A stretch of 64,000 bases of DNA from the human T2T-CHM13v2.0 reference genome, Homo sapiens: the NCBI RefSeq assembly GCF_009914755.1, contig NC_060926.1, one strand, 5' to 3'. Made by a program: the position numbers and the translations under genes. This document shows, piece after piece, positions 27,826 through 41,947 of this stretch (position 1 is its first letter; each line of letters starts with the position of its first letter). The notes below the pieces were generated by a model. The model ran no database searches. It had not been told where the DNA came from and saw nothing but the letters and a program-made list of their open reading frames with translations.

Positions 27826-29318
27826 CTTAATTTAAGGCCACAAGACATTTCCTGGGAAGGTTAGATACATCTTTCAACATTTAGCAAAATTAAACTCAGT
27901 CTTTCCTAAGCCAGAATTATAACAACTTACTTCCACTTTAAGACAGGTTCCAGTACTGTAACACAATCTTATTTAGCTTAGTATGGTACTTAACATCATA
28001 AAAGTAAAAGGAAGACTCTAACTCCTCTGAGTATACTCCATGCATTCCCATTGATGGCATTTAAGAATCCCAAGTACAGTTACATTAGAATTAAATTGTG
28101 CTAAGCAATGGGTGTGCTAAGCAATGGGTAGCTCCTGAAAGCAATATATCTCTAGAAAAAGCCATGTCCCTGCTCTGCTTTAAAAAAAAAAAAAAGTAGC
28201 AAAAACTGTTTTAAAATGCTAAAAACTTCATTTAAATCGCATTGCACATGAGCCATTGGCTTTGTTTGTTGCCTTGAACTAGATTCATTCAAAGAAGTAA
28301 CTGAAATATTAATTTGATCTGTGATTTGGAAAATGTTTCTCAATAAAAATATTCAAAAGCCTGACTGCTTCTCAGCTCTCAGATGAATTAAGTTTTAACT
28401 CTGACATGAATTGAACCTCTCTCTGGGGATGCTTCTCTTTAGGGGGCTGAGATCACAGAGTTCATCCTTATGGCACTAGCAGCTCTTTGATTTTTGTCAG
28501 GAGGCCTGCCACCAGAGCGCAATGCATAGCAACATCAGGGTATGTCTCCCATGTTCCCTAATGAAAAGCTAGCCTGGAGACAGGGGCAGGTTGGAGGGTA
28601 AATTTCAAAGAGGGGAAAGGTCAGTTCTTGGTCAAAGTATGAAGAGCTTATGAAAGAAAGAAAACTTCGAAAATAAAGCATTAACATAAATTACTGAAAA
28701 CAGCCTTTCAAGTCTTATAGAAAAAGATGAAGCAATGCTACCATGATAAAGGCTCCCCTTTTTAAAGGATGTCTCCATCTTTGTCCTCTTCTTATTACTT
28801 CAGAAAATTATCAGAAATGTCGATGGATGCTTCTATTTGAGTTTCTTAAAGAAAACTTTATGGTCATTGAAATTTAAAAGATCCCACCTCTTTAAATCAG
28901 AAAGGTGTAAGGTCATGGTTAGCTTTCTGGGAAGAAAATAAAATCTGTAACTTTGCCAGGAGAACAGCCTTTACTAATGGAGAGGGAAATGGTAAAATTG
29001 ACATAACATTATAACATAAACTGTGTAAGTTTAAAGAGATAGGGACATCCATCAGTGTCAATAATCTGGTAAATTTAATGATCTATAAGTAAACTAGGTA
29101 ATTATTTTTCCAAAATGAAGGTTTTTGGGGACCTAAAACATCTACTGTCTACACAGTTCAAAGGAATAAAATAACTGGCCAATCTCCATTTCCACTACTG
29201 ATCCACTGGAATGAATAACAGAAGAACAAAAATACTCTGAAAGATCGAGAAACAAAAACTCAGCTAGGCATAAGGAATATGGCAAATACTTCAGGTCTTT
29301 GCAGGCAAGAAGTCAATA

Positions 29319-31047
29319 CCAGCCGTTCCCAAATTATTGAGTTTTGGTCTCAGGGCCCCCTTGGACTCATAAAAATTATTAAAGATCCCAAAGACCATTT
29401 GTTTATATGGATTATATCTTTCAATATTTGCTATTTTACAAATTAAACCTGAAAAAAAAACATTTTTTAGTTCACTTTGCAAAAAACAATAAACTCATTA
29501 TATGTTAACATAAACAACATTGATTTTTATCAAAAATTCCTATATTTTCCCAAACAAAAAAAATTAATGAGAATGACATTATCTTACACTTTTGAAAATC
29601 GCTTTTAATGTCTAGTTTAGTAAAGACAGCTGAATTTTGTTTCTGTATTCAATTTGTTGTGATATCTTCCCTGTGATTAAAAATATCAAGAAAATATGTT
29701 CTTATACAGAAATTTAATAGGAAAGGGAAAAAGTATTTTAATAGTCTTTTCAGACAAATTTAGGTGTTCTTCTTTGGTACTACAATGATACATGACAAGT
29801 GGCAGTTTCTGTAAGGTTAGTTGCAATGTGGACTCTGAGATCATATCAGTGAATTTTCCATACACTGTTATATTGAAATGAATGGGTCAATGTTAAATTT
29901 TGAATGGCTCTTTCACCCATCTATGATTTATATCATCATGCACTAGTCGTTTGGAAAATAATGGCTCACTGAGTTATGTAGATCCTCCATTACAAAATAC
30001 ATTTTAAAAATCACATTGATTAATATCACCACCAATCTCAATAGAAAATAACTATTGAGAAGCTGTCAAGCTCACAGTAGTGGATACAAATTTTCCAAAA
30101 ACTTATTTTTTCTCGAAAGCTCAAATTTTATTATTGGCAACAAATACTGTGAGTTGTTTTCCTTGAAGCAATAGTTTCATTTCATTCATTATCAAGAAAA
30201 AATATTGCCAAATATCCAATTCTACATCATCACAGTTTGTCAGTCATTCTTTCAAATAAAAATGATATGCCGTGAAAAAAGATGTCTAGTTCAGCTCATT
30301 TCTCAAATAACTGTATAAGTGCTTTTTCTCAAGGCTTACTCTGTTTGAGTGTGCAGCAAAAGTGCTTTATGAGTACTTCCTGTCTTGTCACACAGAATAT
30401 TGAAAAACTAGTACTCAAGCATCCAGATTTAATCAAAATAATAAGTGTTACTTTTTCATCAAGAACATTCTATGTGAAACTGCTTTTCTTTCCTTTTTAC
30501 TGTGAGTCCACTTTGGTACTACTGCCTGGATTTATGCTAAGGTGCCAGCACTTTTACCCACCATTGCTTTTGCACCATCAGTGCAAATGTCAACACAAAG
30601 AAATAAGCAAAGTGCACTCAGTCTTCTGTATCTATTGGTTCTGCATCACAAGATTTCAACCAATCATGGATTGAAAATATTTGGAAAAAACAATACAAGA
30701 ATAACAAATAATACAAATAAAAACAATACAGTGCAACAACTATTTATAAAACATTTACATTGCATTAGGTATTATAAGTAACCTAGAGCATACGGGTGAT
30801 GTGCATAAGTTATATGCAAATACTATGCCATTTTATACAAGGGACTTAAACATCCAACAGATTTTCATATCCTTGGGGGATAAGGAGACAGAGTTGAGGA
30901 TGGGGGTGTCCTGGAACCAATCTCTTGCAGAAACCGAGGGATGACTATAATGCCTTAGTGTTATTATAAAAATATTTTTCAGTTCACATACTCCCTGAAA
31001 TGGTTCTGTAGACATCCAGAGATCCACAGACCATATTCTGAAAACTG
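29319..31047 (+). mobile_element. Charlie1(a)-like hAT DNA transposon with nested MER2
   Basis: Left end 'cagccgttcccaaa...ggtctcagggcccccttggactcataaaaattattaaagatcccaaagacc'; right end 'cacagaccatattctgaaaactg'. Confidence 0.85.
30615..30947 (-). mobile_element. MER2 (TcMar-Tigger MITE)
   Basis: Ends 'gtcctggaaccaatctcttgcagaaaccgagggatgact'; internal 'ttatatgcaaatactatgccattttatacaagggactt'. Confidence 0.85.
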
Positions 31048-31454
31048 ACAAAATAAAGAAGAGTTGGTTAACGCCCAAGGAATAAGCAAGAACTGTGAGA
31101 GTCTGAGTAAGAAGCAGGGCCAATCTCTGACCAGAGCCAAGGGCTCCTCTAATGATTGCACTTGTAAATTAGAAGGGAAATCTCTGTACTATAGGTATTG
31201 GTCATATCCTGAAGGAAGTCAAACATGCGCAGTCAACCTTTTTTAAACTCATGTCTTGAGGAGAATATAGAGAATTGGTTACAACTGATTGGATACAACT
31301 GTATTCACAAGGTTAAGAATAATTTCAGTCAAAATTAGAACAGGAAGTCTCTAGACTTTAGAAGTAATGTCATCCAAAAAAGAGAAAGATTGTTATTATT
31401 ATACTATTTTTTATTATATTTTTTCCAATATTTTTGAAAGATTCTAAGATGTAT

Positions 31455-31643
31455 AAGTCCCTTGTATAAAATGGCATGGTATTTGCATATAACCTATGTA
31501 GATCCCCCATATGTTTTAAATTATCTCTAGATTATTTATAATACCTAATGAAATGTAAATGCTATATAAATAGTTGTTGCACCATATTGTTTTCATTTTT
31601 TTTCCTGTTGTACTTTTTTTATTATATTTTTTCCAAAAATTTT
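31455..31643 (+). mobile_element. internal MER2 fragment without TIRs, inverted relative to the copy at 30615
   Basis: 'aagtcccttgtataaaatggcatggtatttgcatataacctatg...tctagattatttataatacctaatg'. Confidence 0.8.
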
Positions 31644-32320
31644 GGAAAGATTCATTCAATAGGTAGAATGAGTAAAAAGCTAGGGATATGATCAAATGGC
31701 TAATGTGTTGCTTACCTTAACAAGGAAAGAAAGATGAATCCAGATATAAAAGAAAAACAAAAACCAGACAAGAAATTCTGATCCAAATAAGAAGCAAATT
31801 CAGTAAGGCATGATTTTGAGTCATTGATGGAAAGAAAAAATAGATAATCGATTTTGTCTGATGCCAGGAAATTTCTCCTTTGAGTTGCTCAGGGATTTTG
31901 ACTCTGGATTTGTAGAGAAGGAAATATTTACATAGTTATAATGATAACTAGATCTAGATATAATTAGCCAATAGACAAGATTTCAATATGGCTTCAGAAA
32001 AACATGTAAATATTACCAATATTGGAGATGCCAAGCAGAAAAGATGGGAAGAAATGGTAGAAGGCCTAAGAATATCCTCAGTGATGGGGAGTTGAGAGAT
32101 GCAATAAGATCAATAAGAAACACAGGGAAACTACTATGCATTGAAGTGACGGATTATTTTAAGTTACAAAGTTAAAGTTAAAAGACATTTTTTAAATCAT
32201 GCAACTGTCTTAAATTGGGAAACATAAGAGGGACAGGTATTGTGAATGAGCTAAATTTTTTTAGATATGCTGAGTCAATAGATAATGCTTAAATGTGTTA
32301 AATCAAGAAACTGGGATGCA

Positions 32321-32630
32321 GGCCAGGCATAGTGGCTCACACCTGTAATCCCGGCAGTTTGGGAAGCTGAAGTGGACAGATCGCTTGAGCTCAGCAGTTT
32401 GAGACCAGCCTGGGCAACATGGTGAAACACCGTCTCTACAAAAATTAGCCAGGCAATGGTGGGGTGCGCCTGTGGTCCCAGCTACTCAGGAGGCTGAAGT
32501 GGGTGGGAGTCAGGCTTGAGTTCCGAAGGCAGAGGTTGCAGTGAACCAAGACCGCACTACTGCACTCCAGACTGGATGACAGAGGAAGACACTCAAAAAG
32601 AAAAAAAAAGAAAAAAAAGGAGGAAAAAAG
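32321..32630 (+). mobile_element. AluJ (Jb-like)
   Basis: Diverged dimer with 'gatcgcttgagctcag' and 'cctgtggtcccagc'; degenerate TSD aagaaa(c/t)t(g/a)ggat. Confidence 0.9.
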
Positions 32631-34561
32631 AAAGAAATTAGGATATAAATTGTATTAGTCAAACAGCTTTAATATTTGATAACTATTATGACATAGACAC
32701 ATAATGATCAGAACACAAGTCTATATTCAGAATGGATGCTGACTGGGACATACTGGCTACATATCACCTCTGTTTTTAAAAAAGAATTAGGGAAGTAATA
32801 ACTGAAGGAAATAAAGACAGGAACAAGCCAAAAGGTGGGCAGGGTTGAGCGGAACTGTTGCTTTTTATTAAAAGCCTTTCTGCCCTGTTTTAATTGTTAC
32901 TATATGCAAGTATTACTATGATAAGTAATCGTAAATTATGAGTATCATGTTTCCACCCTATCCATAATTAGCACTGTTTAAAAACTATGCTACTATTCTC
33001 TTTAAAGTATATAAGCAATTGATATCTAATACAATCAATCAATAAAATGTGAAGGTAAATGTTTCCTTGATTTAGTAGCAGTTTTTAAAAATCTCTATTG
33101 TATTTTCACATATATTCTCAAAAATATATGAAGGAATTACTTCGAGTGTTAATCTGGGAGATAATTTATAATTTTAATTTCTTTCCCATGATGACAGGGA
33201 AACAATGGAAAACAGCCTAAAACATATAGGTTATCTCTAGGGCACATTTCTTTAAAGGTTATTAACATTTTTGAACAATAGGAGATTCTCCTACCAAAAT
33301 TAAAGATTATATTGAGAATTTTATTTTACTTTAATGAACGGGCCTGATGAACCATAAGTTATATCTATATGGCACAGTTAACTACCCTTTCTGTTCTTCA
33401 GATCACCATGAGAATAAGAGACCTAAAATAATTACATGTTGTATTTTGAGGACATTGCTTCACTTGAATTTATGATTAGTACAATTAGTCACAGATACTG
33501 TTGGCTGCAACAAGTAAGTCTATGAAAAAGCGTCTTCCAAATAACACAGATGCCTTTGCTAAGGATTGTCTGATATTGGACTAATTCATTCTGAAGGTAT
33601 CTGAAGTCAGTATGGATAGTTATCTGTACTGTAAGATCAAAATATAGACTTTACTTTCAATTTTCAGACATTCCAAAACCTAGAATTTTGTAGAATTGTG
33701 TGTATATTAATAAATATGAAAAAATTTATATCTACTGGACAGTTGTTACATTATAAGGTATAAGGGGGTGGGGGGATCTCAGAACACTTGGGTTCATTTG
33801 GAGGAGGACTTGACACAGAACAGTTTTAAAGGCACAGCCCATTTAGCCAAACACCTCCATCTTAAATCAACTTCGTCACTCTGTATAAGAATATCTTTGT
33901 GCAGTATTTTGGATCTTCAGGGTCAAATAGTATTTCAGGCCATATAATGCACTTCTTTTGTGTGTTTTAAACAATCAAATAGTAGTTCCTTCTTTGTTTG
34001 TGTTTACTACAAGTTTTGGTAGATCCTCTAGGCTATAAATATAATATTTATACATAGTTTGATAATACATATCAAAAACTGTAAAATTTCTACATGTATG
34101 CACGTAATGTTAACTTCATTAGAAATGGGAAAAAGTCTCACTAAAGTGAGCAATATTGAATTAATCAAATCAAATAGCTTTGTGTTTGTAGACTTAAGTC
34201 TACAACAGCCTAATAAAAGCAAAGATAATTCACAGCTTTATCTTTAATCAGATGGGTGAACTTTTGAGCCTATAAAATTTACATAAATATAAAAAATTTT
34301 GAAAGAATGTTACTGAAGCCTGTATGTTATTTTAAATACTGATTAAGTCTTGGGTTATATATCAAAACCATCAGTTGTAGCAAGCATATGTAGAAAGATA
34401 ACAAAATTAGTTTTTAGAGTTAGTGTAAGTTTATTAGTTAAAGCAACAAAGTTACATAAATCATACATACTAAAACATTTCATCTGGAAGTATAAGGTAG
34501 TTAAAGTAGAGTCCTTAAGCACTTATGACACATTAAATACTTGTGTATTAAAAACTATTAT

Positions 34562-34688
34562 AGCCAGTTAGTGGCTCATGCCTATAATCCCAGCATTTTG
34601 GGAGGTCGAGGTAGAAGGATCATCTTGAGGCCAGGAGTTTGAGACCAGCCTGAGCCATATAACAAGACTCCATCTCTACAAAAATTTA
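34562..34688 (+). mobile_element. FLAM / Alu left monomer
   Basis: Single monomer 'gtggctcatgcctataatcccagc...ttgaggccaggagtttgagaccagcctg...catctctacaaaaa'. Confidence 0.85.
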
Positions 34689-34690
34689 AT

Positions 34691-34739
34691 ACACACACAC
34701 ATGCACACACGCACACACGCACACACGCATGCACACACA
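34691..34739. repeat. (CA)n/(CACG)-type microsatellite
   Basis: Direct inspection. Confidence 0.9.
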
Positions 34740-34792
34740 ATAAACCTCATTTCTACCTAAGAATGCAAATTTAATGCACTAGCTTTTCCCCC

Positions 34793-34915
34793 ATGCATTC
34801 AATTATTTCTTCATCATTCATCCTATAAATATTTATTGAGCTCCCTGCTCTTAAACTATTGTAGAGAAGGCAGAGACATAAAATATATGGCCATAATACT
34901 GTGTGATAAGTACTC
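34793..34915 (-). mobile_element. L2 3' end fragment
   Basis: 'cattcatcctataaatatttattgagctccctgctct'. Confidence 0.55.
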
Positions 34916-35267
34916 TTGGTTATTTACCAAGTTAGGCCACTTACAGAAACTAATAAGGTTAATTACAAAAGTCCCTCAATAATTTTACCTCTAAGGTAAC
35001 TGGGTTTTTTAAAAAGCTCCCTGCATTAGCTTCATTATACTATAAAAGAAATGGCAAGTGAAAAACTCCAGAATTATTATATTTACATTAAGGAAAATCA
35101 GGCAAGATGCCTATCTTCTCAACTTCATATTCATTTAATGGACACCCATACTTCATTTTTTCTTCAGTTATAGAAATTCTTGAAAGGCATTATAACTAGA
35201 TCATTTTAATAAGAGAAAAGACCATCATATAGAAAATGACTAAATTATTCTCAGCTTAGGATTTCAC

Positions 35268-35297
35268 TATTTATTTATTCATTTATTTATTTATTTT
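35268..35297. repeat. (TTTA)n
   Basis: Direct inspection. Confidence 0.85.
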
Positions 35298-36238
35298 TGC
35301 CTCAGGCTTTGGGGACATTAAGGCCATGTTATAAATCCTGGTCACTGCTTTTTCTAAAGAGCAAAAATGAGAGTTTATTAGCAGCTCAGTGGTTGCCCCA
35401 ATAATGACAAAACAGTTGCTCATTACTGCTCATTAGTTTCATATTAGATTCATTTGCAATAGCAATATATCTTCTATTCATACTCGACTGCAAAACAACA
35501 GATATGATTTGACACCTGCTGTACAACAGAATTCATTAGATAGTAATAATACAAATAGAAATTCAGAAGCTGGACTTTTATTTGCTTCTGTGATGACTCT
35601 GTACAAGAAAATGCCTTTGAAATCATCTAGGCTAGAATAACATAAATATGCATAGCAGCTGATCAGGTTTTCAAATACTGAATTCTCTATTTTTCTATCT
35701 ACAACAATGTTCTATATACATAATGTAATATTTTAATGAGTGGCATAATTTTCAAAATAATAAACCACTTCTTACTATACAGATGAAATGAAATATTAAA
35801 TTAGAGAAGCAGATGGAATAAAAAAAGAAGCCCAAGACAGTTTTTGAACTGTAGGATAAACCGAACTATTTTTTCATACATTTCATACTTTTTTCATACA
35901 TTTATGCCTTCATCCATGAAGAATAATCAGGTTTCAAAGTGTACCTAATCATTCCTCCTGATATTCAATTATGTTTGCTTACTTGAACAAATACTTGTGG
36001 CTATTTCCACATGTCATTGCATACAATGAAAGAAGAATGTTTAACTATTATTATTTTGTTTGGATTCATGCACCCTAAATCACCAAAATGCAGCCACAAA
36101 TTCAAAATGAAATGACTGTTTCTGCTTTTCTGAGAGTTTTAGAAGGAAAATCTAATGTACTTTGTTTCATGTAAGAATTAATCTTCTGCATTTCTACGGA
36201 AAATAAAATATTAACTAGTCCTTTAAAATATATGAGTT

Positions 36239-36601
<363 letters not shown>

Positions 36602-36624
36602 TTAGTTATCTACAATATTCCAGG

Positions 36625-36802
36625 GACTTTAAGATCATGATATTCATACCTTTGTGTGACTAGAATTTAACACCACTATCAATTCTGTCAGATTACAAAT
36701 TACAAAGAATCTAAATAATGGTTGAATTCCTACCGTATTTCACAAACCTAGAACATGGTAGCAACTCAATAAATATTTATTAAATGAATTAATGAATGAG
36801 TG
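36625..36802 (+). mobile_element. L2 3' end
   Basis: 'catggtagcaactcaataaatatttattaaatgaattaatgaatgag'. Confidence 0.65.
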
Positions 36803-36897
36803 CTGTGAAAAATATAATAGAGAATAATATCTGCTCTTTGTTGTATATAATTCTGGTGAGGAAGTAAATCTCAAGAGATATTTAAAATAAAAGTAAA

Positions 36898-37226
<329 letters not shown>

Positions 37227-38184
37227 TTATTTTGAGAATGAAGAAAAATGGAGAGATCACCATAAGCTGAAACTGCAGAGGATTATTTTTTTTTAATCAT
37301 ATGGTTATATATCTTTATCCAAGCTCTAAAGGCTGAGCTGAATTTGCATAGGTGGAAGCTCAGAAACAAATATTTTAGGCGAGGGAAAAGAATTGGTCCA
37401 AATTTAAAGGTAGAAATGAGCATAGGAAATGTTGATGCTATCTTCAACAGGTGTTTTACAATATAAAGTTTGTAAATGTATTTTCACAGAAACAATGCCT
37501 CTTTTCAGACATTAGAATAATGCTGTTACAACTGTTAAAGCATGCTTCATTTTGTGTTTGGAAATTAATCTGCTAACATCACAAAATACATCATTTGCAT
37601 GCAGACTTGTAGAAAGAAAATCAACACAGGGTCATGATGCCCATCAAGTAAATTCATGCCACTTATATACAATAGTGTTGGAAGTTAAATTGTCTAAAAT
37701 TAGTTAATGATTCTAGTGTTAGTATGTACACTACAATTTAGGTAAATAAACTCAAATTCAAACAGGTATATTCTCAAAAAGTAAAATTTCCATCCTGATA
37801 ATTGACCATAACAAACATATACATAAACTAAGCTTTACAATAATCAAAGCCTTAAGTAAATGTTACATTCTGTAACAGATATTTTGTACTAGAAAGCAGA
37901 TCACAGGAGGGCTTATTGCCCTTCTTGCTTAAAAAAGAAAATCCAACCAGAAATTCAAATTTAAAATGACAAAATATGGGTTCCATATAATGTATCTTGA
38001 CTGCTTACTATTATTTATTCCTTGGGTCTTCATAACAACTGACATAAAATCACATTGCAACATTTTTTTGTTTTTAAAACACCTGGCTTTAGCACCACCG
38101 GGAAAATTATTTTATGTTTTTTAAAATTCATGAATATGTATCAATATTATCTCTATTATTTACATTATCAGTTAATGTCTAATA

Positions 38185-38363
38185 TAGAGTTTCCAGGGTT
38201 AGCGTATAAAAATATAAGATGCACAGTTAAATTTGAATTTCAGAAAACTGCAAATTATTTTTAGCATAATTATATTCCATGCAATATTTTGAGCATAGTT
38301 TGACTATAAAATTAGTTTATCTGAAATTTAACTGGATGTCCTCTACCTTTTCTGGCAATTTTA
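38185..38363. mobile_element. MER53 palindromic hAT MITE
   Basis: 'tagagtttccagggttagcgtataaaaatataagatgcacagttaaatttgaatttcag...ctgaaatttaactggatgtcctctaccttttctggcaatttta'. Confidence 0.85.
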
Positions 38364-38794
38364 GCATAAAACAGTGCATTGCATTCTCAAAAGCAATTGT
38401 TTCTACAACCTTCTTTTCTTCTCATCATATACCATGGTGTCTTGTGGCCTGTGATTTCAGTTATAATTCTAATCCAGGCTGAATCAAGGCAGTTGGTATT
38501 TATACATTTTTCTCACACAAAATTATGTTTTCTAATAATTTACAAAATTTTAACTTTCTAATAATTGTTTACTATAACTTGTTTACTATAACTGTTAAAT
38601 CTTGTCACTGAGGCCTTCCTATAGATTGAATTCTTAGTGTAATTTATACTTGCACTATTTAGAACAGATAGATACCATTCCTAATTCCAGACTGCCATTT
38701 TGCAAATATTAGGAAATGCTTTCTCTCTTTACTTTAATTCAAAGATTAATAGTTTTTGACTCTTTCTCAGAATCCTGTGTTTAATAGTAAGAAT

Positions 38795-38908
38795 CAACTC
38801 TCTTCTTTTCTTCCTGCTCATTCTCAATCTCTTGCTCTTTTTTCTCTTTGTCTCTTTTTCTTTCACGCATACATACATGCATACAGCACACACACACAAA
38901 CACACACA
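38795..38908. repeat. CT-rich and (CA)n low-complexity tract
   Basis: Direct inspection. Confidence 0.75.
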
Positions 38909-40414
38909 TCCTGACCTACCACAACCTATGGGACTATAATATGCTTTTATAGTTCCTACCAAGGTAGTTCTTGAAGCCATAGAGGTACTAAGCCACTGTG
39001 TATTCTCTGAAGATGTGATATGATTTGTATGACTTTTCTAAAATGTATTACTGAGTGGTTCAGTGACTAAGTCTATTTCCTTCTTTCAGGACTTGTAAAT
39101 GAGCCTCTTACCAAAAGCTTTTTATTAGAATGGCAATTGACTGTTTTCTAATCTGTTATTGCAATGATTTTAGCCTGTGAAACAAATCTAGGCATTATTC
39201 TGAAATAATGAGTGATGTTTGAAATAGAGAAGTTTAAACCTGAGCTTCAAGAAAAATAAAATAAATACATCCTTGGACAGCCATTTGTCATTTGTTTTGG
39301 ATTTTGTTCATAAAATGGAATAATCTATTCCTTTAATATTCCTCAATAATGGTTAACTTTTTAAATTATGTCCTCTGCCAAAGAAAAGTATACTCAATAC
39401 AAGGAATACAGATTTCCCTTTCATATATGTGGTAATTTTTCTCTACCTAACATTTTATCTGAGTACTTTCAATAAAACAGGCAAATAGGATAAATGTATT
39501 GTTTAGTGAAATATCAAAAAATCCTGAAGGTGATCAGGCATTATTGAGACATATACTAGTTCTTCCAGTATAGTGGAAAATCATTTGAAACTGTATTAAA
39601 TAATCACCTATCAAATTCTCTGCAGTTACAGTGAATGTAGAGACTTACAGTCCAGTTAGCTGGTCATTATTCTACTTCCAGGGACCAGTTAGTGGCCCAT
39701 TTACTCTAATTTCACACTTGAAAGGCAAAGAAATGTATAAACATTATGTTAACATTCATGCAATGAAGAAAGAAGGCTTGCAATTTTAATTATCATCTAG
39801 AAAATATTAAGTTTTGTCCAATATATTGTATTCTGCATGATATGACTATATAATTAGCCAGGTCAGCCTGTAGGGATTTATATGCAAAAACTATTTTGTC
39901 AGGAAACCATGTTTACACAGGGATTAAACAACATCTAAGAAGATAAAGATATTAACATTTAAAATATTATCTAAATAGATTGCTTTCTTCTAAAAATGTA
40001 GAATCTTCTGTGGTTACAAAAGTAATGCAAGCTCATAATGGAAAATTTCAAAATTATAGAAAGTGTGTAGATTAAAATGAAAATTTCTTACTCTAGCACT
40101 TTTTCAGATATCTCTTGCTTTTTGATACAGTTGTTTCTGGTCTTCTAAATATTGATATTTTTATAAAATTTGGATTATATGTTGCTTTTAATAATAAGAT
40201 AATTAAAATTTAAAAGACAATGGGTAAAGTAAAAAATAAATGAGGCCTAACTGAAGAAATGTTGATGCAAAACAAATCTGTTGAAATGACATAAAAATGC
40301 AAGAAGAAGAAAAATATAAAACATATGTAAGATATATAAAAAGACATGGAAGAATTATTGAGAGGGTCAGTAAAAACATTCAGTGAGATAGGAGGTAAAC
40401 ATTTTCTCACTTTG

Positions 40415-41740
40415 GTAGGGTGTCTACTGTTAAAGCAAGGGCATTGATTGGGAAAGAATAGGATCATGTAAGTTGGAAGACCCAGATGAAGCTAGGGACA
40501 TTAAACTCCTAAATTCGAATGAGTCTTCTTTGACAGTAGAAGAGACCTCCCCAGCCCTACTGGAGGGGATCTCTCCAACCTCAAGGGTAGTAGCCTCTCT
40601 AACCTCCTCTAAGGGGATTGCTGCTGCTTTGACTAAAGAAACTGAAATAGCCTCCCCTGAGGCAGATGGTAAGCAAGGCAATGCTGATTCTCCTAAGAAC
40701 CCACCCCACCACCTCTCTTTGCTTCCAGACCTGTAGCTAGACTCATGTCCCAGCATCCCCCTAGAGGTAAGGTAAAAAGTATAACCCCTGAGGGTATGTG
40801 CTACCCTCCAGAAGAACTACTTGAGTTTTCTACTTTATACAGAGAGAAATCTGGGGGACATGTGTGGAAACTGGTATAAAGGGTGTGAGATAATAGTGAA
40901 AGGCAAATAATGTTGGATCAGGCGTATTGGCATAGAGTCACTGAGCAGAGATTCTGCATTTAATGTTAAAGCTTTGGCAGTTAGGAGGGATTTTAAAAGT
41001 TTGTTTGGTGGAAAGTGAAGAATGGACTAAAAGGTGGCCCACAGTGAGTAAATTAAAAATGCCAGACATGCCTTGGTTTGACTTAGTGGAAAGAATTCAA
41101 AGTCTTAGGGAGATTGGAATGTTAGAGTGGATTTACCATTTAAGATCCATTCACTTATATTGGAACGGTCTAGAAGACATACCACTGACCAATACTGTGA
41201 GGAAATAAATTTGTAAGTGAAGCCTCAGCATTCTTGAAAATCTTTGTGATCACTCTTCTCTGTGGAGCAGACCTCACAGTGGGAATTGAAGTCACTACAT
41301 TAGAAAACCTAAATGCATTGGGAGTAATTGGATCCTGGATGCCAAGGGCCAAGAGGCAGGATTCAATCTCCAAGGCAAGGTGGGTATGGTTACTGTGAAG
41401 GACAGTAGAGTCAAAGCAACAATCAGAAGAGCTGGCCTTGAACTGACCTATGGCATTGGCTATTTAATTATGGGTGTTCCTAAAAGTGAAACAGAAAGGA
41501 AGCCTACTAAATTCTTACTTGACCTTTACGGACAGAAAAGTTCTAGGTCAAGTGAACAGAAGTCTAATTTGAGTCATAGAAATGGAGAGTCATGACCTCC
41601 CAATTCCTAGACAAGCCAGTTTACATACAGATCCAGAATCCTTCTAATGAGGGCAAGGCTGGGTCCCCTTGAGGAAGGACCCCAGTACATTGTCGAAAAT
41701 GAATAATATTAATCTTTCTCTCAGCCTTCCCCAAAGACCT
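40415..41740 (+). mobile_element. ERVL (HERV-L/ERVL-B4-like) internal gag region, degraded
   Basis: ORF 40963-41208 'WTKRWPTVSKLKMPDMPWFDLVERIQSLREIGMLEWIYHLR' and the flanking ORFs are HERV-L Gag-like; DNA motif 'gtgtctactgttaaagcaagggcattgattgggaaagaa'. Confidence 0.88.
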
Positions 41741-41905
41741 TTGGACTTTGACTGGAACTGACACCATCAATATTCTTCCTTCTCAGTTCTTTAGACTAAG
41801 ACTGAAACTATACCATCAGTTCTCCTGCATCTTCTGTTTGCTAAATAGAGATCTTGGGACTTCTCAGCCTCCAAAATTAAATGAACCCATTTCTCATAAT
41901 AAATC

Positions 41906-41947
<42 letters not shown>

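Noticed and set aside
28098-28129. 16-bp tandem duplication gtgctaagcaatgggt x2 (similar ones at 5192, 38565, 45523, 60799)
   Set aside because: Ordinary slippage duplications; only two units and no spacers, so not CRISPR-like
30282-30674. 130-aa ORF as a transposase
   Set aside because: It spans Charlie1 and MER2 non-coding sequence, and I see no transposase motifs
40473-41595. Domesticated Fv1-like gag gene
   Set aside because: Gag homology is split over several short frames with stops
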